The notes under the pieces: generated by a model
What the model saw: the letters and a program-made list of their open reading frames with translations, nothing else
What the model was told of the DNA's origin: nothing
The model's database searches: none
In this document: in pieces, positions 32,030-43,208 of the stretch
Layout: each line of letters starts with the position of its first letter
How positions within the stretch are numbered: position 1 is the stretch's first letter
Program-made: the position numbers and the translations under genes
Source of the DNA: Nitrospirota bacterium
GTDB taxonomy: Bacteria > Nitrospirota > UBA9217
Assembly: GCA_963754875.1 (NCBI GenBank)
Contig: CAVWHO010000016.1
Coordinates: 320,001 to 384,000 of the forward strand
Reading direction: 5' to 3'
DNA: 64,000 nt

Positions 32030-32674
32030 ATGTACGTTTCAAACTGGATGACTACAAAAGTGTTTACGGTCAATACCGAAGACTACCTTTCCGATGCTCT
32101 TACGCTGATGAAGGAGAAATGCATCAAGCACGTTCCCGTTATGAAAAACGGCAAGCTGAAAGGCATCATCTCCGACCGCGACATCAAGGAGTACAGTCCT
32201 TCAAAGGCCACCTCGCTGGACATCTACGAGCTCCACTACCTTTTGGCGAAAACGAAGATCAAGGACATCATGATCGAAAAAGTCATAACGACATCCCCTG
32301 TCACGCCGGTGGAAGAGGCGGCAATGATCCTGCTTGACCAAAACATCGGCTGCCTGCCGGTGCTGGGCAAAGGTGAGCTCGTCGGCATCATCTCGGACCG
32401 TGACATTTACCATGCGCTGGTGGATATCACCGGTGTGAGGCACGGCGGCCACCGGATCTGCGTCACCATCGAAGACAGGCCGGGATCGATCAAGGAAGTG
32501 GCTGATATTATCAGGAAGAACGGTTTCCGTCTTCAGAGCATTCTCACTTCTTACGAAAATGTCAAGAAGGGATATCGCCAAGTGGTGATCCGCACAACCG
32601 GAGATGGTGTGTACAGGGGTCTGAAGGAGGATCTGGAAACTGCGTACAGAAACGTACAAGTTGTGAAGGGGTGA
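32030..32674 (+). CDS. CBS-pair plus ACT domain protein (AcuB-like)
   Basis: Two CBS repeats (KHVPV..GIISDRD; GCLPV..GIISDRD); SKATSLDIYEL; ACT domain EDRPGSI. Confidence 0.88.
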   Translation: MYVSNWMTTKVFTVNTEDYLSDALTLMKEKCIKHVPVMKNGKLKGIISDRDIKEYSPSKATSLDIYELHYLLAKTKIKDIMIEKVITTSPVTPVEEAAMILLDQNIGCLPVLGKGELVGIISDRDIYHALVDITGVRHGGHRICVTIEDRPGSIKEVADIIRKNGFRLQSILTSYENVKKGYRQVVIRTTGDGVYRGLKEDLETAYRNVQVVKG

Positions 32675-32749
32675 AGGGGAGTTCTCATCCCGTCCGGCGG
32701 TCCATGCCGGGCATAGCATTTTTCTGATGATTACTGCAGTACTTTTTTT

Positions 32750-34492
32750 TCATTTCACTTTTTTCATCTTCACGGCGCGCCGCGTCTTCAGCCGCCTCAT
32801 GAGCTCTTCATACTCCAGCGCATTCAACACGTCTTTCTTCTCGACCCATCCCCTTCTTGCAAGCGAAACACCGTAGGTCATGAAATCGAATTGGCTCGTC
32901 ACGTGCATGTCCGTACTGATGACGAGCTGGACCCCGAATTGCTTCGCCATCCTGATATGCTGGTCGTTCAAATCGAGCCGTAAAGGATAGGAATTGATCT
33001 CCATGGCCACGCCGCGCTGGGCAGCCTCCTTCAGCACTGCCTCCATATCCACGGCGTATGCGTCGCGCTCGCCGATGAGCCGGCCAGTAGGATGGGCGAT
33101 CACGCTCACGAGAGGGTTTCTGATCGCAGACAAGAGCCGTTTCGTGATTTGCTCCTGCGCTTGTTTAAATCCCGAGTGGATGGACGCAACGACGATATCT
33201 AGCCTGGCAAGGGCTTCATCAGGGAGGTCGAGCCTGCCGTCGGCACGGATATCGATCTCGGTACCTTTGAGTATCCTGAACCTTGAAAGCTTTTTGTTCG
33301 TTTCATCGATGAGCTTGGTCTCCTCAGCAAGTCGTTTTTCATCAAGTCCACGAGCTACGCCGAGCCCCTTGGTATGGTCGGTGATTGCAATGTATTCGTA
33401 ACCTTTCTTCTTTGCCGCCTCCACGATGGCGTCGAGATCGTGGCTTCCGTCGGACCAGTTCGAGTGAACATGGAGGTCGCCCTTGATGTCACTAAGCGTC
33501 ACAAGATCGGGGAGCTTTCCCTGTAGGGCCGCGTCGATCTCGCCCGTGTCCTCCCGGAGCTCAGGCGGAATATAAGCAAGCTTAAGCGCCTTGTAAACAT
33601 CCTCCTCATGCTTGCCGCCGATTTTTTTCTCACCCGGTTCTTTGAAAACACCGTACTCGTTGATCTTGAGCCCGGCACGCACCGCCATCTCCCGGAGTTT
33701 GATGTTGTGCTGCTTGCTGCCCGTGAAGTACTGAAGCGCTGCGCCGAAAGAATCTTCATCAACAACCCGAAGGTCCACCTGGATGCCGTCGTCGGTTATG
33801 ATGGAGGATTTCGTTGGCCCTTGCGCAAGAACTCGGCTCACGTGAGGGTTTTTCACAAAAATATCCATGACTTTTTCCGGCTCTTTCGAAGTCGTCAGGA
33901 TATCGATGTCTTTTACCGTCTCCCTCCAGCGTCTGATGCTGCCGGCGACCTCGATCTTATCCACGGGCGCGTGGTCCTTGATGCTTCGTATGATGTCCTC
34001 AGCCAGGGGCAATACCCTGCCGAGGGGCCGTCGCTCTGTTCCGCGCTTTACAAATCCGATTCCCTGAAGGATATTGTCCTCTGTTTTTTTCTGGATTCCC
34101 GGCATTCCCTTGAGCTTCCCTGATTTAATTGCCGCTTCAAGTTCGTCAACGTTCTTTATTTTGAGCTTGTCAAAAAATAATTTGACTTTTTTCGGCCCTA
34201 ATCCGGGAACACGAAGGAGGGCGAGAACACCGGCCGGGATTTCCTTCTTTAGTTCCTCGTGCTTCGCGACAGAGCCTTTCTCGAGATATTCATGGATTTT
34301 CCCGACCAGGTCTTTTCCGATCCCCGGGATCGCAATCAGTTCCTCATCCGAGAGCGTGGACACGTCCTTTGCCAGACCGTCGATGTTCTGCGCAGCCCTT
34401 TGGTATGCACGGATTCGAAAAACATTCTCGCCCTTGAGCTCCAGGAGTTCGGCGATTTCAGTGAATATTTTTGCTATTTGCTGGTTTTTCAT
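32750..34492 (-). CDS. polX: DNA polymerase X / PHP-domain 3'-5' exonuclease
   Basis: ENVFRIRAY, IPGIGK, AGSIRR..KDIDI, YFTGSKQHN, PHP motifs DLHVHSNWSDG, TDH, AHPTGR. Confidence 0.95.
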   Translation of the reverse strand: MKNQQIAKIFTEIAELLELKGENVFRIRAYQRAAQNIDGLAKDVSTLSDEELIAIPGIGKDLVGKIHEYLEKGSVAKHEELKKEIPAGVLALLRVPGLGPKKVKLFFDKLKIKNVDELEAAIKSGKLKGMPGIQKKTEDNILQGIGFVKRGTERRPLGRVLPLAEDIIRSIKDHAPVDKIEVAGSIRRWRETVKDIDILTTSKEPEKVMDIFVKNPHVSRVLAQGPTKSSIITDDGIQVDLRVVDEDSFGAALQYFTGSKQHNIKLREMAVRAGLKINEYGVFKEPGEKKIGGKHEEDVYKALKLAYIPPELREDTGEIDAALQGKLPDLVTLSDIKGDLHVHSNWSDGSHDLDAIVEAAKKKGYEYIAITDHTKGLGVARGLDEKRLAEETKLIDETNKKLSRFRILKGTEIDIRADGRLDLPDEALARLDIVVASIHSGFKQAQEQITKRLLSAIRNPLVSVIAHPTGRLIGERDAYAVDMEAVLKEAAQRGVAMEINSYPLRLDLNDQHIRMAKQFGVQLVISTDMHVTSQFDFMTYGVSLARRGWVEKKDVLNALEYEELMRRLKTRRAVKMKKVK

Positions 34493-34571
34493 AGCAACTC
34501 CAAAAAAAGCTAAACTTTGCATGAACAACAATCAATGCTGATGATCTATTTTTATTGTAGCACCAGGGAAA

Positions 34572-34599
34572 CAAGAAAGCCGGGGAACTCGCCCCGGCT
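34572..34599 (-). terminator. Intrinsic terminator after the FBP aldolase/phosphatase gene
   Basis: AGCCGGGG/CCCCGGCT hairpin followed by TTCTTGT on the minus strand. Confidence 0.6.
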
Positions 34600-34643
34600 C
34601 TTCATCCTTGCTCTGTATCCTCTGCTTGAAATTATCTGCGGCT

Positions 34644-35759
34644 TTACGCCGCTTTCTTCACGCTCCGCAGGGTGAACCGCTTTTCCAGTACCGCAAGCTT
34701 ATCCATAATGCCGGTGTACTCCAGCTCGTTCATCGGCAGCATGGCTGCGCCGAAGAAACCTTGTCTTCGCATGTCCATTGCCTTATCGGCAACATGGTCC
34801 CGCACGCGGTCCCAGAAAGGATGGTCGAAAGCATCGATCCCTTCAGTCAGCTTGCCCTCGCGCAAGCAGAACGCGGTGCAGCTCACGATAGGCGGTCCGT
34901 CGAAATAGCTGATCGGCGAATTCAGTTTCACCGGCATAAGCGGCATGGTGTGCGAGCCGCGCATGCAGCCTGCGACAAAGTGGCCGACGGCGAACGGTTG
35001 CAAGACCTCACCCGTGGCCGGGAAATCCATCTGGCTCCGGACGAGCATCACGGGGTCGTCCTTGCCCGTGTACTTGCCCGCGATATTGTGGAGCCGCGAC
35101 GTCGCAACCGACACCGCCTGCGTCCCTGCTGCCCGGGACCAGATCGATTCGACCACGTACCGTTCAGGATCGCGAAGGAGCGTTGCGATCTCGTACATCT
35201 CCTCAGGCGCGTTCAGTTCTATGACCCGGTCGCCCTCGGTATGGTTTACATCCATAATCACGAACCGGAAGCCTTTTCCCATCTTGGGAGAGAGCATCAG
35301 CCCTGGAGTGTTCATAGCATCGGCAAAAGCCATGTACAGCGGGAAGTTGTACGCTCCGGGATCGGTCTTGTCTGCTGCGAAAAACATGATAGGTTCCCCG
35401 GGTCGCTCCTCGAACTCCATCTCGGTGACCGCCGGCCCCATGCCGTGAACGTTTCCGGAGAAGGCGTCCTTCAGGAGGTCCTGCCCAGCGCCGTACAGAC
35501 CCTGCGATTTCGCCACAGCTGTTCCTGCCACGAATGCGTCCCAAGCCAGTTTATGCACCTGTTCGTTCCCCTCGCCTTTGGTATGGGTCATGAGGATCGC
35601 AATATCGTCGCCCGTATAGCTCACATAGTTGTCGATAAGAAAACCTTTGCCTTTTTCCTGCACATGCTTTTTCACGGTTTCAAGTAATTTCATCGACGGT
35701 GCAATATGACCGCCCACGGACCCGATATCGGCCTTTATGACGCTCACGGTTATCTTCAT
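34644..35759 (-). CDS. fbp: Class V fructose-1,6-bisphosphate aldolase/phosphatase
   Basis: IKADIGSVGGH, GDD, GLYGAGQDLLKDAFSGNV, ADKTDPGAYN, YTGKDDPV (catalytic Tyr/Lys), RGSH, RRQGFF. Confidence 0.93.
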   Translation of the reverse strand: MKITVSVIKADIGSVGGHIAPSMKLLETVKKHVQEKGKGFLIDNYVSYTGDDIAILMTHTKGEGNEQVHKLAWDAFVAGTAVAKSQGLYGAGQDLLKDAFSGNVHGMGPAVTEMEFEERPGEPIMFFAADKTDPGAYNFPLYMAFADAMNTPGLMLSPKMGKGFRFVIMDVNHTEGDRVIELNAPEEMYEIATLLRDPERYVVESIWSRAAGTQAVSVATSRLHNIAGKYTGKDDPVMLVRSQMDFPATGEVLQPFAVGHFVAGCMRGSHTMPLMPVKLNSPISYFDGPPIVSCTAFCLREGKLTEGIDAFDHPFWDRVRDHVADKAMDMRRQGFFGAAMLPMNELEYTGIMDKLAVLEKRFTLRSVKKAA

Positions 35760-35944
35760 GACAGCCTCCTTTTCCCGAGAGAGATGAAATGCATACTTCA
35801 ATCATAGCACAGCCGGATCCAGGGCTTGAGGCAGGAAATTGCAGATTGGTCAGTGAAAATGAGGCAGAATGAGGGATAGACCGGCAGAGGAACCGGTGCG
35901 GCAGCATGTGGGTAACCGTTGCCAAACGCCCAGCTTGGCATTTG

Positions 35945-36877
35945 CTACTGTGTCACTTCAGGATTGAACACGCCCTTGAAAAGGGCAATAATTTCCGGGG
36001 AGACCTCCAACAACCTCATCTTCTTGCTCTTCCAGTCCGTATCGCTCCACTGACCTGTCTTAATGTAGTCCTCAGAACTGCTTCCGCTGGCGAGTATTTC
36101 TTCCCCGATGTAGGCGAACTCCTCCACTCCCTTATCCGCCGACCGGTACCTTTCCCCATATTGCATATTCTTCCAGCTCTCATCCTGAGGCACATCGCTT
36201 AACCTTTGATAATTGTACAACTGATGCCATACAATATATTTCATTCTATTGATCGCGAGTGTATCAGGTCTTCCGTCTTTCGTCGCGCCGGCACGGACTA
36301 TGCCATTCGGAGACGGTATGCCATACCGCGGATCCAGATACCATCTCGCAACAGCTTCGTAACACGAACGGCTGTCAATTCCCTGATGCACCTGGAGTAC
36401 GTGCAAGAATTCATGTATCAACAAAGCCGTCTTGAAGCGATACACAAATACGGGGTCTTCCGGCCTCATTCCCCTCTGTTCATAAATCGCCTTGTACTGT
36501 GATTGGCCCACAGTATTGTCCCAGTCCGGACTAACTCCAATGTAGCCTTTTGCTTGATACGCCTTCGCGGTATTTGCCGAGGAATCCAGAATTATCGGCA
36601 CCGTTTTCAGAAAAGATCTCAGTGATGGGTCGAACACCTCATACACATTTTTTAATATACTGGCGTTGCTTTCTCGCGAGATTGACACTGCACCTCTATC
36701 GAGAAACCATCTGGGCAAAAACGAGAAGACGGGAGTCTCAACAATCCGCCGGCCAACGCCGTAAGAACCAAGCCCGGCGAAAACGTGATTCTTCATGTTT
36801 GCGAGTGTCACGCAACCAAGAAGTAACACCGCAACCAAGACTGCATTTCTCATACCGTGAGATTTAGTGGTACTCAT
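35945..36877 (-). CDS. Exported or membrane-anchored hypothetical protein with an HExxH motif (putative zinc metalloprotease)
   Basis: N-terminal hydrophobic segment; LLIHEFLHVLQ and a distal EEFA. Confidence 0.65.
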   Translation of the reverse strand: MSTTKSHGMRNAVLVAVLLLGCVTLANMKNHVFAGLGSYGVGRRIVETPVFSFLPRWFLDRGAVSISRESNASILKNVYEVFDPSLRSFLKTVPIILDSSANTAKAYQAKGYIGVSPDWDNTVGQSQYKAIYEQRGMRPEDPVFVYRFKTALLIHEFLHVLQVHQGIDSRSCYEAVARWYLDPRYGIPSPNGIVRAGATKDGRPDTLAINRMKYIVWHQLYNYQRLSDVPQDESWKNMQYGERYRSADKGVEEFAYIGEEILASGSSSEDYIKTGQWSDTDWKSKKMRLLEVSPEIIALFKGVFNPEVTQ

Positions 36878-36929
36878 GTCTATCCTTCCGCCAATGACAA
36901 AGCGCAGTCGCGTAGGCCCCCAGATAATT

Positions 36930-37262
36930 TCATATTCCTTGAAGCAGCTTGTAGTACTCCTCAATCGTCCGAATGGATTCCATCGTGGACCGGTACAATA
37001 TCCAGCTGAGAACAAGGATTCCTATGGTGAGCCCGATCTTCCATGCACGCGACGTTTGCGGTCGCCACCAAATCAGGGGCAACGCCAGCGGCCCCACAGA
37101 GCAGACTGCGATGATAATAAAGGATTTCCGGAAATACCATGGTATTTTTTCTTCTGCAACTCGTGGGCGGGCGGAGGCATCCAGAAACTCACCACAGTGC
37201 TTGCACTTTATCGCTTCGTCTTGAATCTCTTCAGCGCAGAATGGACACTTTTTCATTATCAT
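36930..37262 (-). CDS. Zinc-ribbon membrane protein
   Basis: [24 protein letters not shown] followed by two TM helices. Confidence 0.85.
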   Translation of the reverse strand: MIMKKCPFCAEEIQDEAIKCKHCGEFLDASARPRVAEEKIPWYFRKSFIIIAVCSVGPLALPLIWWRPQTSRAWKIGLTIGILVLSWILYRSTMESIRTIEEYYKLLQGI

Positions 37263-37331
37263 CTCTCTTGGCAGAACGAAGTGATACCCAACATGTCCAA
37301 AGCAATGATACCAGGTCGTTCAAAATCGACG

Positions 37332-37362
37332 CCTCGGGTTTCCACCGCTCTACCCGACCTGC
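37332..37362 (-). repeat. Degenerate REP-like palindrome
   Basis: GCAGGTCGGGTAGAGCGGTGGAAACCCGAGG resembles GTAG-family REP hairpins; single copy. Confidence 0.4.
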
Positions 37363-37425
37363 ACAACTGATTGATACTTCGAGTCAGGTCCCTACCAATC
37401 TCCGTCTGAGCCGCAGCGAGCAGAC

Positions 37426-39161
37426 TCAGGGGGCTTGCGTCCGATCTGCGATCTTCCAGATGACCTCGAAATTGCAGATAATAATGTCCGGTTCTCCGCT
37501 TTGGTCGGTCACGATCTTTTCTTTGGAGTCGAGGGCAATAAGGAGGTCGTTCGCCTTCAGCAGCGATCCGTCATAGCCCGTCTCACGCAGCCGGGCGCAA
37601 GTCTTTTCTACAAATCTTCTGCATTGCGCTTCATCGATGATCTTTCTCCGGACCGCCTTAATCAGGTCCGTGGGCGTGAACAATTCATTCTCATGCTGCG
37701 AAACCCATTCATCGGGGCCGTTGTAGTAGCCGCGGATCGTAATGTAGTTGTGATCTGCGGCCAAAACGGGATTGCCGTCGCTGTCGACGATCTCCTGATG
37801 TGACTGATACTTTCGGGAATCGACCGACACTTCAACCTTCAAGCTGCCGGTCTCGTAGATCGCGCGTACATAGACCGCATGGATCCCCAGCTGATTGAGC
37901 GCCTCGGAAATAGCAAACTCTTCGAAGGGGCTGTTGATCCCGTAGTGCCTGATCTTCTCGATCTCTTCGGCATTATATTTTTTGTCCGCGGGGATCTCGC
38001 CCACGCGCGACGTCTCCCAGACGAGATGGATATTGTCCTTCGTGACCGTGTAATACACCTCGTTGGCATCGGAAAGGCTCAGACACGGCGTCTTCCGCCA
38101 GCGTTCGGGAAGGAAATAATCGAACAGCCGCGCCGTTCCTCCCCACGACCCACATGCGGCCGCCGGTGCTCTCGGCATGGCCGAAGGTGTAGGGCACGCC
38201 GAAGATCTCCGTGCGGGAGAGGTGCGAAGGAAGCGGCGCAGGTTCCAGTCGGTCCCGCATATCGTCAAGGTAGGAGTGCCGCCTCGACGCCTTGACCCGG
38301 TCTTCGTGCTCGGGCGTGCGGAAGAGCAGCTCGTAGTCGATGACCGAGTATTTGCCGGCGTTCAACAGATGGTAGACCGCGTCCACCTGCTTCTTTGCCG
38401 CGTCTGCCGCTTTGCCCGTACCAGCCTTCTCGATGACCTCGCAGTCCTCTTCGTCGAGGATGACGTGCTCGGGCTTCATGTCCGCCATGAGATACCCTTT
38501 TTTCGTCAAGTCGTCGAAGGCCTTCTTCTGCATGGTTTGCAGATGATAGACCAGGTCCGGCATTTCGACCGTGATGTGCTCGAAGATCTCCACGAGGTTC
38601 TTGCCGCGGATCCACTCGTAAATGAGCTTGTACTGTTTGAGGATGTCGAGGTCGATGCCGGGATGGCGCGCACGGATGCGGTTGATCCTGGCCCGGGACC
38701 TGCCGCTCTGCCACAGCTGCATCCGCTGCGGCGGGACATAGATCGCCAGAGGCCGCTGCACTCTGATCCATCCGATGCGCTGGCCGATCTGCCGGTCGCC
38801 CATCTCCATGACCAGGGCGAACTCTTCCCAGGGGCTGTTGAACTCGGCGCTGACGAACTCCTCGAGCGTGTGGGTATTGATCGGAACGTCTTCGCCCACG
38901 CGGCAGTTCTTGACCACGAGGTCCAGGCTGGTGTTGTCCACGGGCTTCGTGGGCACGCGGTACACGGAGCTGGTCCCCAGAAGCCGGACCCTTGTGCTGA
39001 TTGAACCAGTTTTCTTCGTACCAGTTATTGACAGCGAGATGTTCCTGATAGGATTCGGCGAACCGGGTGAGATAGAGGTCGCCGCCGTCCTCGGTTTTGG
39101 AGTGAAGGTATACGACGCCCAGCACGTTCACGAGGGCTTTATGTGGAGCGGTTCTTTGCAT
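37426..39161 (-). CDS. Uncharacterised ~575-aa protein with two protein-kinase-like domains, two frameshifts
   Basis: Domain 1: GTSSVYRV, LVVK, NSPWEEF, LIYEWIRG, ADMKPEHVI, VIDYE; domain 2 repeats SRVGE and NSPFEEF but lacks the catalytic K and D. Confidence 0.7.
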
Positions 39162-39195
39162 GGTTTTTGAAGAGTCGAGTCATGGGAATGAGAAT

Positions 39196-39272
39196 CACCC
39201 CACCTGACCTCCCCTTGGTAAGGGGAGGAATTTTTTACTCCCCTCCTTGGCAAGGAGGGGATGGGGGCGGTT
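39196..39272. repeat. Intergenic double-hairpin repeat (REP/MITE-like)
   Basis: CCTCCCCTT-GGT-AAGGGGAGG and CCCCTCCTT-GGC-AAGGAGGGG hairpins in tandem. Confidence 0.6.
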
Positions 39273-39301
39273 GGTTCGAAGTCTCGATTGACCAGCAACT
39301 T

Positions 39302-41089
39302 TTACTTCAGCCGTTTTCTGAATTCGTCGAGCTGTTTTGTAAGCCTCACGGGCAGCCGCTTCCCGAACAAAGCAAAGTGTTTCTCGATGTCGGGAATCTC
39401 GGCTTTCCAGGAAGCGATGTCCACGTTCATGAGTGCCTGCAGGTTCCCGGACGAGATCGTGAGGCCCGTCAGATCGAGATCCCCGTCCTTGGGCATGAGG
39501 CCGATCGGTGTCTCCTTGGCGCCGATCTTGTTGTCGACGCGGTCGCACATCCATTTAAGCACGCTGCTGTTGTCGCTGAAACCGGGCCATAGGAACTTGC
39601 CTTCGGCGCTCTTCCGGAACCAGTTGACGTAAAAGATCCGCGGGGCTTTCGCACCAAGGCGGTCGCCCATCGCAAGCCAGTGCTGGAAATAGTCGCCCAT
39701 GTGATAGCCGAGGAACGGCTTCATCGCAAAGGGGTCGCGCCTGAGGTTGCCCACTGCGCCGATGTTCGCGGAGGTGGTCTCCGAGGCTGCCGTGGCGCCC
39801 ATGAACACGCCGTGGTCCCAGGAATAGGCCTCGGTCACGAGCGGGACGACCGTGCTTCTCCTCCCGCCGAAGATGAAGATGTCGATGGGCACGCCCTCGG
39901 GGTCGTCCCAGCAATCGCAGATCACCGGGCATTGCGCTGCCGGCGCGGTAAAGCGCGCGTTCGCGTGGGCAGCGTCTTCGCGGCTTTCCGGGGGCCAGTC
40001 CCGGCCTTTCCAGTCGATCACGTGGGCCGGCGTTTCCTCGGTCATGCCCTCCCACCACACGTCGCCGTCGTCCGTGAGCGCGCAGTTCGTGAAAATGATG
40101 TTCTCCTTGAGCGTGTCCATGGCCATGGGATTGGTATTGTAGGACGTGCCGGGCGCAACGCCGAAGAAACCGGTTTCGGGGTTTAGCGCGTGGAGCCTGC
40201 CGTCGCTCTTGATCTTCATCCAGGCGATGTCGTCGCCGACGCACTCGCACTTCCACCCTTTGAGGGACGGCTGCATCATGGACAAGGTTCGTCTTGCCGC
40301 AGGCTGAGGGGAACGCCGCTGCGATGTTGTAGCGTTTTCCCACCGGGCTGGTCAGGCGAAGGATCAGCATGTGCTCCGCCAGCCATCCTTCGCGCCTCGC
40401 CATGTTCGAGGCGATCCTGAGGGCGAGGCACTTTTTCCCCAAAAGGGCGTTGCCGCCGTAGCCGGAGCCGTAGGACCAGATCAGGTTCTCCTCGGGGAAA
40501 TGGCTGATGTATTTCTGCTCGATCGGGGCACAGGGCCAAGAACTGTCCTTTTGTCCCTTTTCAAGCGGAGCGCCGATGGAATGGAGGCAGGGGATAAACT
40601 CTCCCTTTTCTCCGAGCACGTCCAGGACTTTCGTGCCGACACGGGTCATGATATGCATATTGCAGACGACATAAGGGCTGTCGGTCAGCTCGACGCCGAT
40701 CTTCGAAATCGGCGAGCCGATGGGCCCCATGGAGAAAGGGATCACGTACATCGTGCGGCCCTTCATACAGCCCTGGTACAAGCCCCGCATGGTTTTCTTG
40801 AGCTCGTCGGGTGCACCCAGTTGTTCGTGGGGCCAGCCTCTTCCCGGGAGGTCGTGCTGATGTACGTTCGGTCCTCAACGCGGGCAACGTCGCTGGGGTC
40901 GGTGCGGAAGAGAAAACTATTCGGTCTTTTCTTGAGAGGGATCGCCATGCCAAGGTCCTGCATGAGCTTCATCAGCCTGTCGTATTCTGCCTTTGATCCG
41001 TCGCACCAGACGACCGAGTCAGGCTTGCACAGTTCTACGACCTCGTGGACCCAGCTGTTCAGTTTTTCATTTTTCGATCCGCTTTTCAT
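39302..41089 (-). CDS. pckG: Phosphoenolpyruvate carboxykinase (GTP), two frameshifts
   Basis: [66 protein letters not shown]. Confidence 0.93.
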
Positions 41090-41603
41090 GGATAGTCACC
41101 TCGATTCCCGGCTGCCTGTTGCCTGACAGTCACCTCATACAATGGTTGCAGCGCTTGTTCAGTGTTTGAGAGTTATGGAAAGGTATTATGCACAATTGGT
41201 TGAAAAAAGTAAAGCGATGTTTGGCCTGCGGGGAGAGACTTTCGTCCCTGCTCAAGGCTGGGTAGCAGATCGAAGGAATCAGGAAACCACGGAATGAAAA
41301 GCCCGGCAGGAATAATATTATAGGGGGGAGACTCCCCGAAAAAGATGCGTCTGAGCACGGGAAGGAGCATCTTCACATTTCAACTAAAATAAGATCAAAA
41401 TAATATTCTGAAAGCACAGCTTCACTTATGATCATGCACTGCCAATATTAGTAAGGGCTTGCACACCGCATCGAGCGAGGCGATTGAAAATGTGTTATCT
41501 CTGCCTCAAAACCCGGGGTATTTCAAATCAATGAATGGCTGTTATATCCCATCGTGCTTAGGATGGCCGCCGATGGTCTTAATCGCAAGGCAGGTAGCGC
41601 ATA

Positions 41604-42470
41604 TTTGCAGTCTGCAACGTGTTGCACTTTCGTGAATCCCATTTGTACAGTCTCATGTCGATGTGCTGGGATGTTACCTTAGTACACAGAAGAACATTCA
41701 GGCGCGAAAACGTGAGCTCTGAAAATATGCTATCATTAAAAAAGTTTCTTTATGATGGCGGGTATAAATATGTTGCAATGTATTTTAATTCACGCATAAA
41801 AGGAGACGAATATGGCAGCGTTAGAGGTCGTCAAGAGCATGAAGGAGTCCCTTAGCAGGCGTCCGACCATCGGCACAAAGCATGAGGTTGAGTTTTCATT
41901 TGCTGCTCCAAAAGCCAAGAAAGTCTGCATCGCGGGGGTTTTCAATGATTGGAATATGACATCGATGCCAATGAAAAAAAGCGCCGACGGTACCTGGAAA
42001 ATAAAGCTTAAGCTTTCACCGGGGAAGTACGAGTATAAGTATGTGGCGGACGGGATGTGGGTTCAGGACATGTCGTGCTCCGAGACAGTGCTGAATCCTT
42101 ACGGCACATGTAATAACGTCATTGGCATCGAGTAAAAAGCAGGGGGGAGTTAAATTCTTCGTGAGGAACGCGACAAGTTCATGTTAATCAGCGACCACCA
42201 TTCCAAAACTCAATGGCCCTTTACAGACAAGCCCAGTACGGCGGTTTATACAGCTCGGGATATCATCGAGCTCTGGAACCCAATTTTGTTCGTTACCCAT
42301 GACCCAGACGATGGGTCATGGCATTTTTTCTCGGGTCCAACTGTTCCAGACACTGATGCTAGGATCGTTGCTCTTGATGAAATCATCTACGGTGATCCGA
42401 GCGTGATCGAGCTGGCTGATCTGCCGCGCGGATGGATTGCTGTTCGAGGGACCATTGAGACGCCTTGGCA
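41604..42470 (+). repeat. Direct duplication, copy 2 (copy 1 at 6296-7159)
   Basis: Near-identical to 6296-7159. Confidence 0.95.
41812..42135 (+). CDS. Stand-alone CBM48 / glycogen-binding domain protein, copy 2
   Basis: Differs from 6500-6823 at six residues. Confidence 0.88.
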   Translation: MAALEVVKSMKESLSRRPTIGTKHEVEFSFAAPKAKKVCIAGVFNDWNMTSMPMKKSADGTWKIKLKLSPGKYEYKYVADGMWVQDMSCSETVLNPYGTCNNVIGIE

Positions 42471-42528
42471 TCGTCATCCGATTGCAACGAAGAACTGTGC
42501 CGGCGATGATGCACTCATGAGAACCTAA
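42181..42528 (+). CDS. Hypothetical protein (DUF2185/Imm33-like), copy 2, probably the intact one
   Basis: Same core as 6870-7226 with its own non-overlapping C-terminus. Confidence 0.7.
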   Translation: MLISDHHSKTQWPFTDKPSTAVYTARDIIELWNPILFVTHDPDDGSWHFFSGPTVPDTDARIVALDEIIYGDPSVIELADLPRGWIAVRGTIETPWHRHPIATKNCAGDDALMRT

Positions 42529-42746
42529 TTTGAAGAACCATTCTTTAGATCGCGGCATGTTACTTAATAGAATCAGAACGTTCTTTGCAAACTACCCACC
42601 TCGCGCACTAGCCCCATGCTTTACCCATAGATAACGCTAACAAATTCTAACTTTAGCTGTTTAGAAAAACGGAAATTCCAACATACAGGATGTAATTGCG
42701 CGTGTTTAAACTCGATTAAAATCTATCAACATTTATAATCGAGAAT

Positions 42747-43208
42747 CTATTTGTCATCCAGGGGAATATTTCGTCCCGGCGAATGAACGAGGGATCCGCC
42801 TACGTCTCTCTTAATGCCAGCGATCAGCATTGCGATGATCTGTTTCGGATCTTGGATCCGTTTAAAGTACCGCATCTGTTCAACCTGCTGCCGAATGTAT
42901 TCTTCTTGTTCACGGGTTAAGGAAATGAACTGGATGCCAGCCCGATAACGGACCTCGCTTTTTTTACACCACACCAAAGAGCCACACTTTTGTCCATAAA
43001 GGTTTTCCTTGAACCAGATGACGCCCGGTTCGATCGGCAGATCGGACTCGATGCCGATGCCGATCACACTGTAATCCACTATCTTGACGAGATGATCTGA
43101 CCACTCGAAATTATTTAAGGAGATGACCCCGAGAGAACACTCACGCTCAAGGGAGATGGAGCGCCGTTTCACGCCGTTTCTTTGATTATTATTGCTTTTT
43201 TCAGTCAT
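42747..43208 (-). CDS. PilZ-like domain protein
   Basis: KRRSI...IVDYSVIGIGI (DxSxxG)...LVWC...YRAGIQF; the RxxxR motif is imperfect. Confidence 0.55.
   Translation of the reverse strand: MTEKSNNNQRNGVKRRSISLERECSLGVISLNNFEWSDHLVKIVDYSVIGIGIESDLPIEPGVIWFKENLYGQKCGSLVWCKKSEVRYRAGIQFISLTREQEEYIRQQVEQMRYFKRIQDPKQIIAMLIAGIKRDVGGSLVHSPGRNIPLDDK

Noticed and set aside
41130..41600. Long intergenic region upstream of pckG as a structured ncRNA
   Set aside because: Only isolated short hairpins are visible and I recognise no RNA family; this cannot be excluded without a covariance search.
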